Shown: piece by piece, positions 1 to 9,544 of the stretch
Layout: each line of letters begins with the position of its first letter
Numbering within the stretch: the first letter of the stretch is position 1
Source: an uncultured bacterium
Lineage (GTDB): Bacteria > Babelota > Babeliae > Babelales > Babelaceae
DNA: 64,000 bases
Direction of reading: 5' to 3'
Assembly: GCA_963722385.1 (NCBI GenBank)
Contig: CAVRKK010000002.1
Span: 800,001 to 864,000, forward strand
The notes under the pieces: model-generated
Database searches by the model: none
Seen by the model: the letters and a program-made list of their open reading frames with translations, nothing else
What the model was told of the DNA's origin: nothing
Program-made: the position numbers and the translations under genes

Positions 1-682
1 CACGGGCACGTATCTTAACACGCTCTTGTACCTCGGAGACCTCTACTTCGCGCACCAAATGCTCATACAATCCCGCCAAAAATTCACCGTGGGTTTGCGT
101 CTCGAGCAATCGCTGCGCCTGTTCAACGCTCAGCGTAAGATGCGAAAATATAAAGTCGGCAATTTTTTCTGGATCATGCATTTTTGAAAGAATAAGGTAA
201 AAGTCGGGGCTTAAGGATTGCCCGGAAGACGACATTTTTTCCGCTACCAGCTTGATCTCTTTAATTTGCTGCCCCAACCGCATAGGCTCATCCGGCTCAA
301 GTGTCAGCGGCTCGCCGTGGGCGCTCAGAATTTCCTCATCAGCCACGATATCTAATACACGCGCTTTACAAACGCCTTGTACGAGAATTTTTACGCCACC
401 TTCAGGGAGCTTAATAAGCCGCATGATCGAGCCAATCGTACCAATATCGTAGAGATCTTTAGTACCAATAACCCCTTGCGGATTGAGAATTTGCTTTTTT
501 GAAGCAAGCAGAAAAACAAGCTTAGACTCATTCTGCGATGCTTTATTGATTCCTCGAATAATACGCTCATCAAGTACCAACAATGGAACGATCATATTGG
601 GAAAAACAACCACGTCCATTGTCGGTACAATTGGAAGCCTCTCCGGAATTGACTCGTGCTTCTGCTTGCTCAGCATCTTCAT
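1..682 (-). CDS. lon: ATP-dependent protease La (Lon), N-terminal part; runs off window
   Basis: Manual translation MKMLSKQKHESIPERLPIVPTMDVVVFPNMIVPLLVLDERIIRGI...DLYDIGTIGSIMRLIKLPEGGVKILVQGVCKARV matches the Lon N-domain; G-rich RBS upstream; absent from ORF track. Confidence 0.9.
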   Translation of the reverse strand, partial: MKMLSKQKHESIPERLPIVPTMDVVVFPNMIVPLLVLDERIIRGINKASQNESKLVFLLASKKQILNPQGVIGTKDLYDIGTIGSIMRLIKLPEGGVKILVQGVCKARVLDIVADEEILSAHGEPLTLEPDEPMRLGQQIKEIKLVAEKMSSSGQSLSPDFYLILSKMHDPEKIADFIFSHLTLSVEQAQRLLETQTHGEFLAGLYEHLVREVEVSEVQERVKIRAR

Positions 683-950
683 GGTGCCCTACCCCCTTTG
701 TCCCCTGCGAAGTGTCCCCATTTCACCTATCTACCATGAGTCTACCCAAAGACTTATGGTAAAAACAATAACCAACCTAGAAGTATTTTCTTATAGGCAA
801 AAATATTAAGAATGGGTTGAAATAGACAAATATTGATTATTGCTTGCCATTACTAATTAAGATAAGAAAGGACATTAAAAGTCAGGTAAGAGCAATGAGA
901 GCATTATTTGAAAATTTTAGTGACAACTCTGATTTTAATTAACCGCTTGG

Positions 951-2135
951 TCACGTTACGCGGTAGAATCGATGCTTCCCAACCTTTATATGATCGCCGC
1001 TATTAAGCGTTACGCACGCTTTAAAATCGATCACTTTATCGCTATTGATGCTCACCGCACCCTCTTTGATAAGACGGCGTGCCTCGGCTGAGGAACTAAC
1101 AGCGCCAAGTTGCTTAAGCAAGTCAATGATCCAAACAGCGCTTGCAAAGGCTCCCTTGTCAATTGCCTGAGCATAGTCAAAATCGCGCTTTTGAAAGAGG
1201 TGCTCAAAAGCTGCCTGAGCCTGATCTGCTTCGGACCTGCCCCAAAACTTACTCGTAATAGCCTGCGCTAAAGCTTTCTTGAGCGACATAGGATGCTCGG
1301 AGCCTTGCTGCACACGTTCCTTGAGCAATTGAACTTCAGCTTTAGGAAGCTGGAGTAAGATTTCGTAATATACCCACATAAGCTCATCTGATATAGACAT
1401 CAGCTTCCCATAAACATCATTAGCGGGCTCGGTTATCCCTATTGCGTTGCCCAGAGACTTAGACATCTTAATTGCGCCATCAAGGCCTGGCAAAAGCGGC
1501 ATCGTCATAATCACTTGCGGCTCTTGCCCATAATGCTCTTGCAAGAAGCGGCCCATAATTAGATTAAAAGTCTGATCGGTCCCCCCCAACTCAACATCGG
1601 CGCGCAGCGCGACCGAATCGTAGCCTTGGAGGAGAGGATACGTCAGCTCATGAAAGCCGATAGGCTGATGCGTCTGTATCCGTTGAGCAAAGTCTTCGCG
1701 CTCAATCAGGCGGGCAAGCGTAACCTGCGCACAGAGGGCAAGCCACTCTTTGCTGGTTAGCGACCCAAGCCACTCATTATTATAGCGCACGGTGATCGCA
1801 TTAAGATCGAGAATCTTAGCAACCTGCTCAAGGTACGTCCTAAAATTATGGACTATCTGCTCATCACTCAGGGGCGGCCGTGTCTTTGAGCGACCGGTTG
1901 GATCGCCGATGCGTGCTGTAAAATCACCAATTAATAAAATAACTTCATGACCAAGGTCCTGAAACTCCCGCAACTTTGACAAAACGACCGTATGGCCCAG
2001 ATGTAAATCGGGCGATGTTGGATCAATCCCAAACTTAATTTTGAGCTTTCGTTGCGATGCGAGCTTTTTGGCAAGGTCTTCCTGGGGGAGAACGGCAACC
2101 GTACCCGCGAGAAGCTTGCTGATTATACGTTCCAT
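951..2135 (-). CDS. tyrS: Tyrosine--tRNA ligase
   Basis: GIDPTSPDLHLGH (HIGH-like), KMSKS, YPLLQGYD, C-terminal S4 domain. Confidence 0.97.
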   Translation of the reverse strand: MERIISKLLAGTVAVLPQEDLAKKLASQRKLKIKFGIDPTSPDLHLGHTVVLSKLREFQDLGHEVILLIGDFTARIGDPTGRSKTRPPLSDEQIVHNFRTYLEQVAKILDLNAITVRYNNEWLGSLTSKEWLALCAQVTLARLIEREDFAQRIQTHQPIGFHELTYPLLQGYDSVALRADVELGGTDQTFNLIMGRFLQEHYGQEPQVIMTMPLLPGLDGAIKMSKSLGNAIGITEPANDVYGKLMSISDELMWVYYEILLQLPKAEVQLLKERVQQGSEHPMSLKKALAQAITSKFWGRSEADQAQAAFEHLFQKRDFDYAQAIDKGAFASAVWIIDLLKQLGAVSSSAEARRLIKEGAVSINSDKVIDFKACVTLNSGDHIKVGKHRFYRVT

Positions 2136-2863
2136 TAAACTTTACCTACCATATGTCCTACTACCATAACGCTTCTGGCAATAACCTGAAACAGAAACGC
2201 TCTCAGGGGAGGTGTAAAAAATATCAGCAAAATAAATACGCTGACCCAAAGTACATTTTCATCATGGATATGTGTTGCAAGAAACGGCTTCTCACGCGTC
2301 CGAAGCCACATCATAACATAACGAAAGCCATGAGCAATCAAGCCAATCGAAGCAATAAATGTACTATAGGTAACAAGTGCGATAAGAAAAAGCCCTGAAA
2401 CAATCGCGAAAGACGAATGATCGGGATACATGGTAGCAAATGAGCTAAGTGGCGCATGGTTACTTATAAACATTGAAAAAGCAAAAGCAAGAGATCGGCC
2501 ACCAAAGCAAAGAACAAGCATCGTTAAAGCACCACAGGCAAGCATAATATTAATAATTGCCTGGGCCAAATATACCAGAATTAACCTCACGTTACCGAAA
2601 GCCGACCGCAAAGGCGCAGAATCCATGGGCAGCGGCCGCACCCAGCCAAACCCCAAGAGAGAAACCGTGAGCGCTCCGATAATGTCCACGTGATTAAGAG
2701 GATTTAAACTCCCCCAACCGTTGCGCAAAGCACTATCGTCGCCCATCCGCCATGCAAGCCATGCTTGGCCAGCCTCAGCCAGGGTTGAAGATACGGCATA
2801 GGCCCCTAACAAAAGGAGCGTCGTTACAATGCTTTGAATAATGTCTAAATTTAACATAGCCAC
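2135..2863 (-). CDS. Site-2 protease (M50)-like membrane protein with degenerate active site
   Basis: AWRMGDDS..G..SLNPLNHVD..G..GFGWVRP family motifs present; HExxH position reads AEAGQ. Confidence 0.7.
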   Translation of the reverse strand: MAMLNLDIIQSIVTTLLLLGAYAVSSTLAEAGQAWLAWRMGDDSALRNGWGSLNPLNHVDIIGALTVSLLGFGWVRPLPMDSAPLRSAFGNVRLILVYLAQAIINIMLACGALTMLVLCFGGRSLAFAFSMFISNHAPLSSFATMYPDHSSFAIVSGLFLIALVTYSTFIASIGLIAHGFRYVMMWLRTREKPFLATHIHDENVLWVSVFILLIFFTPPLRAFLFQVIARSVMVVGHMVGKV

Positions 2864-2957
2864 AATTTCGCACCGTAGGAGTAGATACTATTAAAACAAC
2901 GTGCTACACTCTCAATTCTAAGGCAAATTTACCAATTGGTCAAACAAGGGCCTCGCC

Positions 2958-5249
2958 ATGAAGCCGATTACGCTCGATACACAGCTATCAAAGTGGCAAT
3001 GTGTTTGCTTGCTCATGCTTCTGATTGGCGCAACGATCGCAACATACTACTCTTCGCTTTTCTATGGCTTCGTCTTTGATGATTGCCCGAACATCGTCAA
3101 GCTCTTCGAAATCCGTTCGCGTAAGCTTTCAGACCTTTTTTTTGAGCACTCACGCTGGGTAAGCGCCTGGCTCAATACGCTCTATTACCAGGTAGACCAG
3201 CTTAAGCCGTTTATTTATCGCTTGGGCAATCTGATTATTCACCTGATCAATGGCTCCCTTGTTTTTGCCATTATAACGATGCTCTTAGGCGGCGTTAGAA
3301 AAGAAAGTTTCTTTAAGCGCTACCGGCACCCTATTTCATTTTTGACAGCGGGCCTCTTTCTTTTGCATCCTGTGCAAACACAGACAATCTGTTACGTTAT
3401 TCAAGGGCAGCTTGAGGGGCTCGCAGCCATGAGCATTCTTTTAGCTCAACTTCTGTTTATTTTATATACAAGGGCTCAGAATTGTTCCACGAGGGCGCTT
3501 TTCGCTCTTCTGCTCTTGGCCATTGGTGCTCTGTCAACAGGGACCAAGGAAATTGCAATCGTGTCCCCCTTGCTCCTTATACTCACTGACTGGTTTTTTA
3601 TAGCCGAGGGCTCCTGGCACTCATTCAAAAAAAGGCTTTGGCTCCATGCCCTTTTTAGCATTACGGTGATCGTATGCTTATGTTATGTGCTCACGCCTGC
3701 TTTCTTTTGGCAGCTTATTCGCGGCAAGGTCCAGCCGCCTAACAATATGGGAAATATGTTGACTGATGCTCATATGGATAGCATTACGCCTTATGCATTT
3801 TTTATCTCACAATTTAAAGTAATTATTCACTACTTAATGATTTTTATTTGGCCATTTGGGTTGAGTGCCGATTATAACTGGAAGCTTTCCGAGGGTTTTT
3901 GGCATGCTGATAGTATCGGAGCTTTTCTTATCCTGTGCGCTCTTTTTCTTTGGCTGGCGCGAATCATTGCCCAGAATCATACAAGTTTGGTAGCTTTCGC
4001 CTTTTTGTGGTTTTTTATCGCGGTACTTCCTCGGGCAAGCCTTATTCCATCGGCTGAATTAGTAGCTGACTATAAGACCTATGAGGCCTCCGTGGGAATA
4101 TGCTTATTGCTTGCCGCATCACTTGTTGGCGCAGCCTTGTTTATTACCCGTCTCTTAGTAGCCTTACAATACAAGCTCTACGAACAGCAGGCATTTTGGC
4201 TTGCTCTTTGCATAATGCTCTTATCAGGAGGTTTTTTGGCAGCTCGGCGAGCACGGGTTTGGCAATCTGCTGAAGCATTTTGGTTTGACGTCATAGCGCG
4301 TGATGATGATAGCAAAGCACGCGCTTACAATAACTATGCGGTGACCCTTATTGAAAAGGGCAACCATCAGCAAGCAATCCAACACCTAGAGCGCGCTATC
4401 ACGCTTGACCGCGCCTACCCTGACCCCTGGAACAACCTGGCAATCGTTTATGGCAAGCTTGGCCTTGTTGATGAAGCAATCATGGCGCTTCAGACAGCGA
4501 TCAGCATTCACCCATACCATGCTGAAGGGTATAGTAATTTAGCGAACTTTTTCATCGTTCAAAAAAAGTATCGTGCGGCAGAGAAGGCGCTCAAGCGTGC
4601 AATCGCACTTCGTAAGCATTATGGCAAGGCCCTTTTTAAGTTAGGCCAGGTTTATCTTTTTCAAAATGATATCGAGCAGGCGCACCTATACTTTAAACAG
4701 TGTTGTACGCAAGCCGACATGGATACAGCGGAGGGTTTCGCCGCATGGGGCAAGGCAAGCACCGATCTTGCAAAATATGATGAAGCGGCTGAAGCATACG
4801 AGAGAGCATACAAGCTCCGTCCCACTGACGACCTTTTATACCATCTTGCTTATGCATACTTATTTAATCGCCAGTTAGAGGCTGCCGAGCGGTCCTTTAA
4901 GCAGCTGTATGCGCGCTATCCACGGGATCCGATCATAGTCCTCGGCCTTGCTGAGTATTACTTCACCACCCAATCTTACCCTCAAGCGATGGCGCTTTAT
5001 CATAAGGTTGAGGGCGGCAAACCGGACCTGCCTATGCTTTTTTGGCGCTTAGCAGCCTGCTCTTACAAGACTGGCGCGCTTTATGAAGCAGAGTGTTATT
5101 TGAGGAAATTTCTTGATGCTCGCCCGCCCGACGATGCAGCGGCCAAAGCGAGAGGAGTTCTCGATGCCTTGGAAAAAAGGGATTTTTCTGCGCCAATTTG
5201 GTCATGTTTAACAGAATTTTCGCGAAAACCCTCTGCATTTCTAGATTAG
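2958..5249 (+). CDS. TMTC-like GT-C membrane glycosyltransferase with C-terminal TPR repeats
   Basis: FVFDD loop motif, multiple TM segments, HPVQT, KE, GLSADY motifs, then several TPR repeats. Confidence 0.75.
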   Translation: MKPITLDTQLSKWQCVCLLMLLIGATIATYYSSLFYGFVFDDCPNIVKLFEIRSRKLSDLFFEHSRWVSAWLNTLYYQVDQLKPFIYRLGNLIIHLINGSLVFAIITMLLGGVRKESFFKRYRHPISFLTAGLFLLHPVQTQTICYVIQGQLEGLAAMSILLAQLLFILYTRAQNCSTRALFALLLLAIGALSTGTKEIAIVSPLLLILTDWFFIAEGSWHSFKKRLWLHALFSITVIVCLCYVLTPAFFWQLIRGKVQPPNNMGNMLTDAHMDSITPYAFFISQFKVIIHYLMIFIWPFGLSADYNWKLSEGFWHADSIGAFLILCALFLWLARIIAQNHTSLVAFAFLWFFIAVLPRASLIPSAELVADYKTYEASVGICLLLAASLVGAALFITRLLVALQYKLYEQQAFWLALCIMLLSGGFLAARRARVWQSAEAFWFDVIARDDDSKARAYNNYAVTLIEKGNHQQAIQHLERAITLDRAYPDPWNNLAIVYGKLGLVDEAIMALQTAISIHPYHAEGYSNLANFFIVQKKYRAAEKALKRAIALRKHYGKALFKLGQVYLFQNDIEQAHLYFKQCCTQADMDTAEGFAAWGKASTDLAKYDEAAEAYERAYKLRPTDDLLYHLAYAYLFNRQLEAAERSFKQLYARYPRDPIIVLGLAEYYFTTQSYPQAMALYHKVEGGKPDLPMLFWRLAACSYKTGALYEAECYLRKFLDARPPDDAAAKARGVLDALEKRDFSAPIWSCLTEFSRKPSAFLD

Positions 5250-6151
5250 CGCTGCATCTTCTTAAGGTAATTTATGAGGGCAATCGTTGAAGCATGGCTC
5301 GAGGCTATAGATTTTTTACATCGTGCTAAATGGCGCCTTAGTTCAGGCTTCCATAATTTCAATAACCTTGTGCTAAAAAAACCCGCTTTATAAGCAACTT
5401 GCTTAAGTGCAGCATAAAGGACCTCTGGCGGATAGGTATTAACCAAGCGCTCAAGCGCATTACGATACGCTTTAAGCGCCGCAAGCTCGATATCGGTAAA
5501 GATGGTACCATCATAAGCAAGCTGTTTTAAATTTTGCAATGCCGCATTCGCTAAATTTTTACTAAAGCCACAACTAAAATCGATGCCGTAAAAAGTGTCC
5601 ATTGCTCGATCATAGAGCATATTACCACAACTGCGATCAGCTCCAGCCATAAACGTATCAAGTGCCGCTATCAATGGTAAGGTAGGATGGTTCGCCATAC
5701 CCTTGATAGTTTGGAGCCGCAAACCACACGTGGGTGTTTTGGCGCAGCGGGAACCTGAATCTTGGTAAAGTTTTATCGACGGGCGATAAACGCAGCCCGA
5801 TGCACCGGGCATACGTGAATGGAGCGTTGCTGGGTAGTTTTTAAAATATTTATAGCGCCTACAAGCATCCCAAGGTACAAGCTCAACACTGTTGCACGGA
5901 ATATTTAAAAATTGCGCCATCCGGTGCCCGATAACCTCTGTAACACATTGAAATTGCTCACTTAAGATATTCTTTTTGCGTTGCTTGATAAGCCACTGGG
6001 AACCATCTTTTTTTTTCAGTAAAAACATATGGCTATGCGCTGCACGAAATGGAGCTTTTGCGATAAACGCTCGGCATCCCTCGTAGGGCTTAGCTGCCAT
6101 GAACCATAAGCTGGTAAGACCAAGGAGTGCCGTGCCATACCTGAGCGTCAT
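5246..6151 (-). CDS. Exported HipA/PI3-PI4-kinase-like atypical kinase
   Basis: Hydrophobic N-terminus; WLIK, EVIG..MA..LNIP, LDTFMAGADRSCGNML, YGIDFS kinase motifs. Confidence 0.65.
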   Translation of the reverse strand: MTLRYGTALLGLTSLWFMAAKPYEGCRAFIAKAPFRAAHSHMFLLKKKDGSQWLIKQRKKNILSEQFQCVTEVIGHRMAQFLNIPCNSVELVPWDACRRYKYFKNYPATLHSRMPGASGCVYRPSIKLYQDSGSRCAKTPTCGLRLQTIKGMANHPTLPLIAALDTFMAGADRSCGNMLYDRAMDTFYGIDFSCGFSKNLANAALQNLKQLAYDGTIFTDIELAALKAYRNALERLVNTYPPEVLYAALKQVAYKAGFFSTRLLKLWKPELRRHLARCKKSIASSHASTIALINYLKKMQR

Positions 6152-6317
6152 ACGCAGTCCCCCTTACATTAACCACGCTCCCCCAAGAATACCACAGCGC
6201 CGATATGTTTTTATAGGGAAACCTACTGCGAAGCTCAATCTTTAGTTTGGGTAGCGCACAGGCCTTCTAAGGGGACAGCAAGCGCTACCCCTTGAAAATA
6301 AAATACGGTATGTGGAG

Positions 6318-6722
6318 TTAAGAACACTTTATTACGTCTCTTCCCCCATATAAGGTTGCTTTAAAGGAGTCAGCGCCCATCTTATCAATAAATATGGTTT
6401 CTACCCATCTGTTAGGGTTATAATCCCCCATCTTATGGATAGCATATGCTGGCAGACTCTCCCCATTAACTTCAATCGCCCCATTGATGGCTTCTAGCAT
6501 GCAACCACCATGTCTTGTTTTAAACTTTACCCACGGCAAGTCTATATATTGGTTAGTTGTCAATGTATGGCCGTAATCAAGAATTGACGGACAAGGGCGA
6601 TGGCTTGGATTCAATTTGACGTATATCGTTTGGCCTGATCTGTTGCAAATTCTCGTGGTAAAAGCATCCGCTTGCTGAGCTGCCAAGCTAAGCACTGTAA
6701 GGCCAATAATGTATTTAATCAT
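6318..6722 (-). CDS. Hypothetical secreted protein
   Basis: AAGGAG RBS before MIKYIIGLTVLSLAAQQADA signal peptide. Confidence 0.7.
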   Translation of the reverse strand: MIKYIIGLTVLSLAAQQADAFTTRICNRSGQTIYVKLNPSHRPCPSILDYGHTLTTNQYIDLPWVKFKTRHGGCMLEAINGAIEVNGESLPAYAIHKMGDYNPNRWVETIFIDKMGADSFKATLYGGRDVIKCS

Positions 6723-7237
6723 GTGATCTCCTTGGTTTTTCGGTTTCTCGGTATCTCTTACTATATTAATACAAACAGAAACCAAAATTCAAAGCTTTTA
6801 TTTTAGTATTATATTTTAACCCCCAAATAGGCTGATCGGCGAGCTCCAAAAACCAGTAAAGATATTGATTTTTACAATGAAAAATACTGTCATCAAGCAT
6901 TGAATTATCACACTCCCCCAAGCATTAGATACCGACAAAACAGATTTATTTCAACAGATTTTGAAAAAAGGGCTATGCCCTTGGAGATGTGCATGACTCT
7001 TAAATAATTTTATTTTTGTGTCTTGACAATGGGTCACTTTACTGTAGATTATGCAGCTAAGGCTCAAAAAGGTCGAACGTTGATTGGTTTCATGAAAAAG
7101 GCTCTTTTAAAAAAAAAGATGCACGTTGTTGCTGTCAACAATTGTATGGCGAGTCCATAGTAGCTGCTTATGAGGGCTCATTTATTATAATCGTTTTTTA
7201 AGCTATGCAAAAAGATACATAGCTGGAGGAAGAGCTA

Positions 7238-9544
7238 ATGATTAAAAAGTGGTTGAATTTAGTCAGTTGTATTGTTGCTATGACGGTGTGCTTTTCTAGT
7301 AAAGCTATGGAGCACCCCGAAGAAAATAGTGTTACGAGCGATATAACAGGAATGTTGGAGATGGTAAGCGGCCAGCTTAGGAGCAGCTCTTTAGGTACAA
7401 CCGTAAATAATACGGTACCAGGCCAAACAATTAACGTGCATAGAAGTGATCAGCTAGATTTAAGCGATGATTTGTTAAAGGCGGTGCAGGCAAGAGAAAA
7501 CAGCTTAATTATGTATATAATTTTTAAAGTTTTAAGGTTTGATATTTATACGCTTAATACGTTACCTGCAAGGGAGTGGATTTTACAAAAACTATCTGAT
7601 CTGAGAACTCAGCCGCAAAACACAAGCAGCATCTCTGAAACTAAAGACTATAGGCAGTTATTAGCTCTTGTTCTATGGGCAGAAGAGAGGCTTAGAACAA
7701 TGAGAACGATGACTGCAACCTTAAAATTGCCCGACGCATTGGTGTTTTCTATTTTAAGTGAAGCAAAAGCTGTTATTTCCTTGTCTTCAGCTCAAATTTT
7801 AGGTCAAATTTTACATCATGCTGTCAAGGAACAAAATGAGGTGATAACTAAGGAGTTATTAAATCAAGGAGCTGACGTTTCTATCTGTGACTCTGCAGGT
7901 AAGCGACCGATAGACCATGCAGCACAAGTTGGCAATATTAAGCTTGTAAGATTGCTTATTGAGCATGGAGCTAAGGTTGATTTAGGAGAGGAAAAGCATA
8001 ACCAGCCTTTACATTATGCAGCAGCTCTCGGACGTGAAGATATAGTAGAATTGCTTGTAAATAATGGAGCTCGCATTGATGCGATTGACAAAGAAGGCTA
8101 TCAGGCAATCCATAGAGCAGCTGCTGGTGGGCATAAAGATGTAGTTGAGCTATTGCTTAAAAAAGGTGTACGTATTGATGCACTGACTGAAGGAGTTGGT
8201 TGGCAGCCTCTCCATGTTGCTGCAAGAAAAGGTCAGCTTGAGATGGTGAAGTGGTTGCTTGATCAGAAAGCTGATGTTAATGCCGAGGATACGAATAAAA
8301 ACCAACCTCTTCATCTAGCGTTAGATGCTAATCGGCTGAAAATAGCAAGGCTGCTTATTCAGCGTGGAGCTGATGTTAAGGCACGCAACAGCTGGACTAA
8401 GCAACCAATACATATTGCAACATCACGTGGTTTTAATGAAATACTTAAGCTTCTTTTAGAAAAAGGGGCTGATGTTGAAGCTCTAGCTCAGTGTAACCTG
8501 CGTCGTCAGGTCGGCCAAAATGCAATAGCTTATTTTCTACGCCCCATCCACATGGCAGTTCTTTTTGGAGATATAACAACAGCAGAGATATTAGCTGATG
8601 GAGGCGCTGACCTTACTGCCCTTGATGGAGGCGAAAGGGGTTTTCAGCCAATACATTATGCAACAAAACGTGGCGATGTAAAGTTAGTAGAGTGGCTTGT
8701 AAAAAAGGGTGTTCCAGTGGATAGTCTAAGCAGCCAATCCTGCTTTTGGGAGTTTAGTTGGGATACTGGGTGGACAATAGATTTAATAGATTGGTCGGCA
8801 AAAAGGTGTACCTCAATAGGTAGTATGAGCAGTCAGGCCTGCCTTCGGCCGATTACTATTGCAGTTATTAAGAGAAATTATGAATTAGCAAGCTGGCTTT
8901 TGAGTCATGGTGCTTGTGTAAACAAGATAGAAAATAACGGTGTAAATGATATAGCTCCTTTAATAGCTGCGATAGTAGCGGGATACCTTGCAGGTAATTT
9001 AGACAGCTACGCTTACATTAATATTGTTAGACTCCTTGTCAAACATGGTGCTAATATTTATGGACAGGAAATAGGAGGTTGGCAAGCAATACATTTTGCT
9101 GCCTCTGCGGGAAATGAAGCATTGGTAAGGTGCCTAATTACACTAGGTGCTAATCCTGCTGCCAAAATGGACAATGGCAATCAGCCAATACATCTTGCTA
9201 TCCGGGAAGGAGATGAAACAGTAGTAAAATGCTTAATTGAGCTAGGTGCTAATCCTACTGCTTGGGATGTCGATGGTAATCAACCGATACATTTGGCGGC
9301 GAAAAAAAGACAGCTAAAAGTGGTTCGATCTCTTTTGAATTACGGAGTTTCTAAAAATATAGTAAATAAGGCTGGTAAAAGTCCCATTGAGTGTGCACTA
9401 GAAGGTAAATCTGAGCTTAAATCTTACATGGTTAAGAAGCTTAATAAATATGATCGCATTTTAGAACTTTTGAGCTCGAAGACTGACTTTCTTGATAGAG
9501 AAGATGCTGCATTTCCTACAAATTGCTGCTTGTATAGCGGATAG
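7238..9544 (+). CDS. Exported ankyrin-repeat protein
   Basis: Signal peptide then MEHPE; many QPLH/QAIH..AA..G ankyrin repeats; GGAGG RBS. Confidence 0.92.
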   Translation: MIKKWLNLVSCIVAMTVCFSSKAMEHPEENSVTSDITGMLEMVSGQLRSSSLGTTVNNTVPGQTINVHRSDQLDLSDDLLKAVQARENSLIMYIIFKVLRFDIYTLNTLPAREWILQKLSDLRTQPQNTSSISETKDYRQLLALVLWAEERLRTMRTMTATLKLPDALVFSILSEAKAVISLSSAQILGQILHHAVKEQNEVITKELLNQGADVSICDSAGKRPIDHAAQVGNIKLVRLLIEHGAKVDLGEEKHNQPLHYAAALGREDIVELLVNNGARIDAIDKEGYQAIHRAAAGGHKDVVELLLKKGVRIDALTEGVGWQPLHVAARKGQLEMVKWLLDQKADVNAEDTNKNQPLHLALDANRLKIARLLIQRGADVKARNSWTKQPIHIATSRGFNEILKLLLEKGADVEALAQCNLRRQVGQNAIAYFLRPIHMAVLFGDITTAEILADGGADLTALDGGERGFQPIHYATKRGDVKLVEWLVKKGVPVDSLSSQSCFWEFSWDTGWTIDLIDWSAKRCTSIGSMSSQACLRPITIAVIKRNYELASWLLSHGACVNKIENNGVNDIAPLIAAIVAGYLAGNLDSYAYINIVRLLVKHGANIYGQEIGGWQAIHFAASAGNEALVRCLITLGANPAAKMDNGNQPIHLAIREGDETVVKCLIELGANPTAWDVDGNQPIHLAAKKRQLKVVRSLLNYGVSKNIVNKAGKSPIECALEGKSELKSYMVKKLNKYDRILELLSSKTDFLDREDAAFPTNCCLYSG

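Noticed and set aside
252..809. Plus-strand ORFs 252-452 and 483-809, and minus ORF 391-573
   Set aside because: Shadows of lon, which is open on the minus strand.
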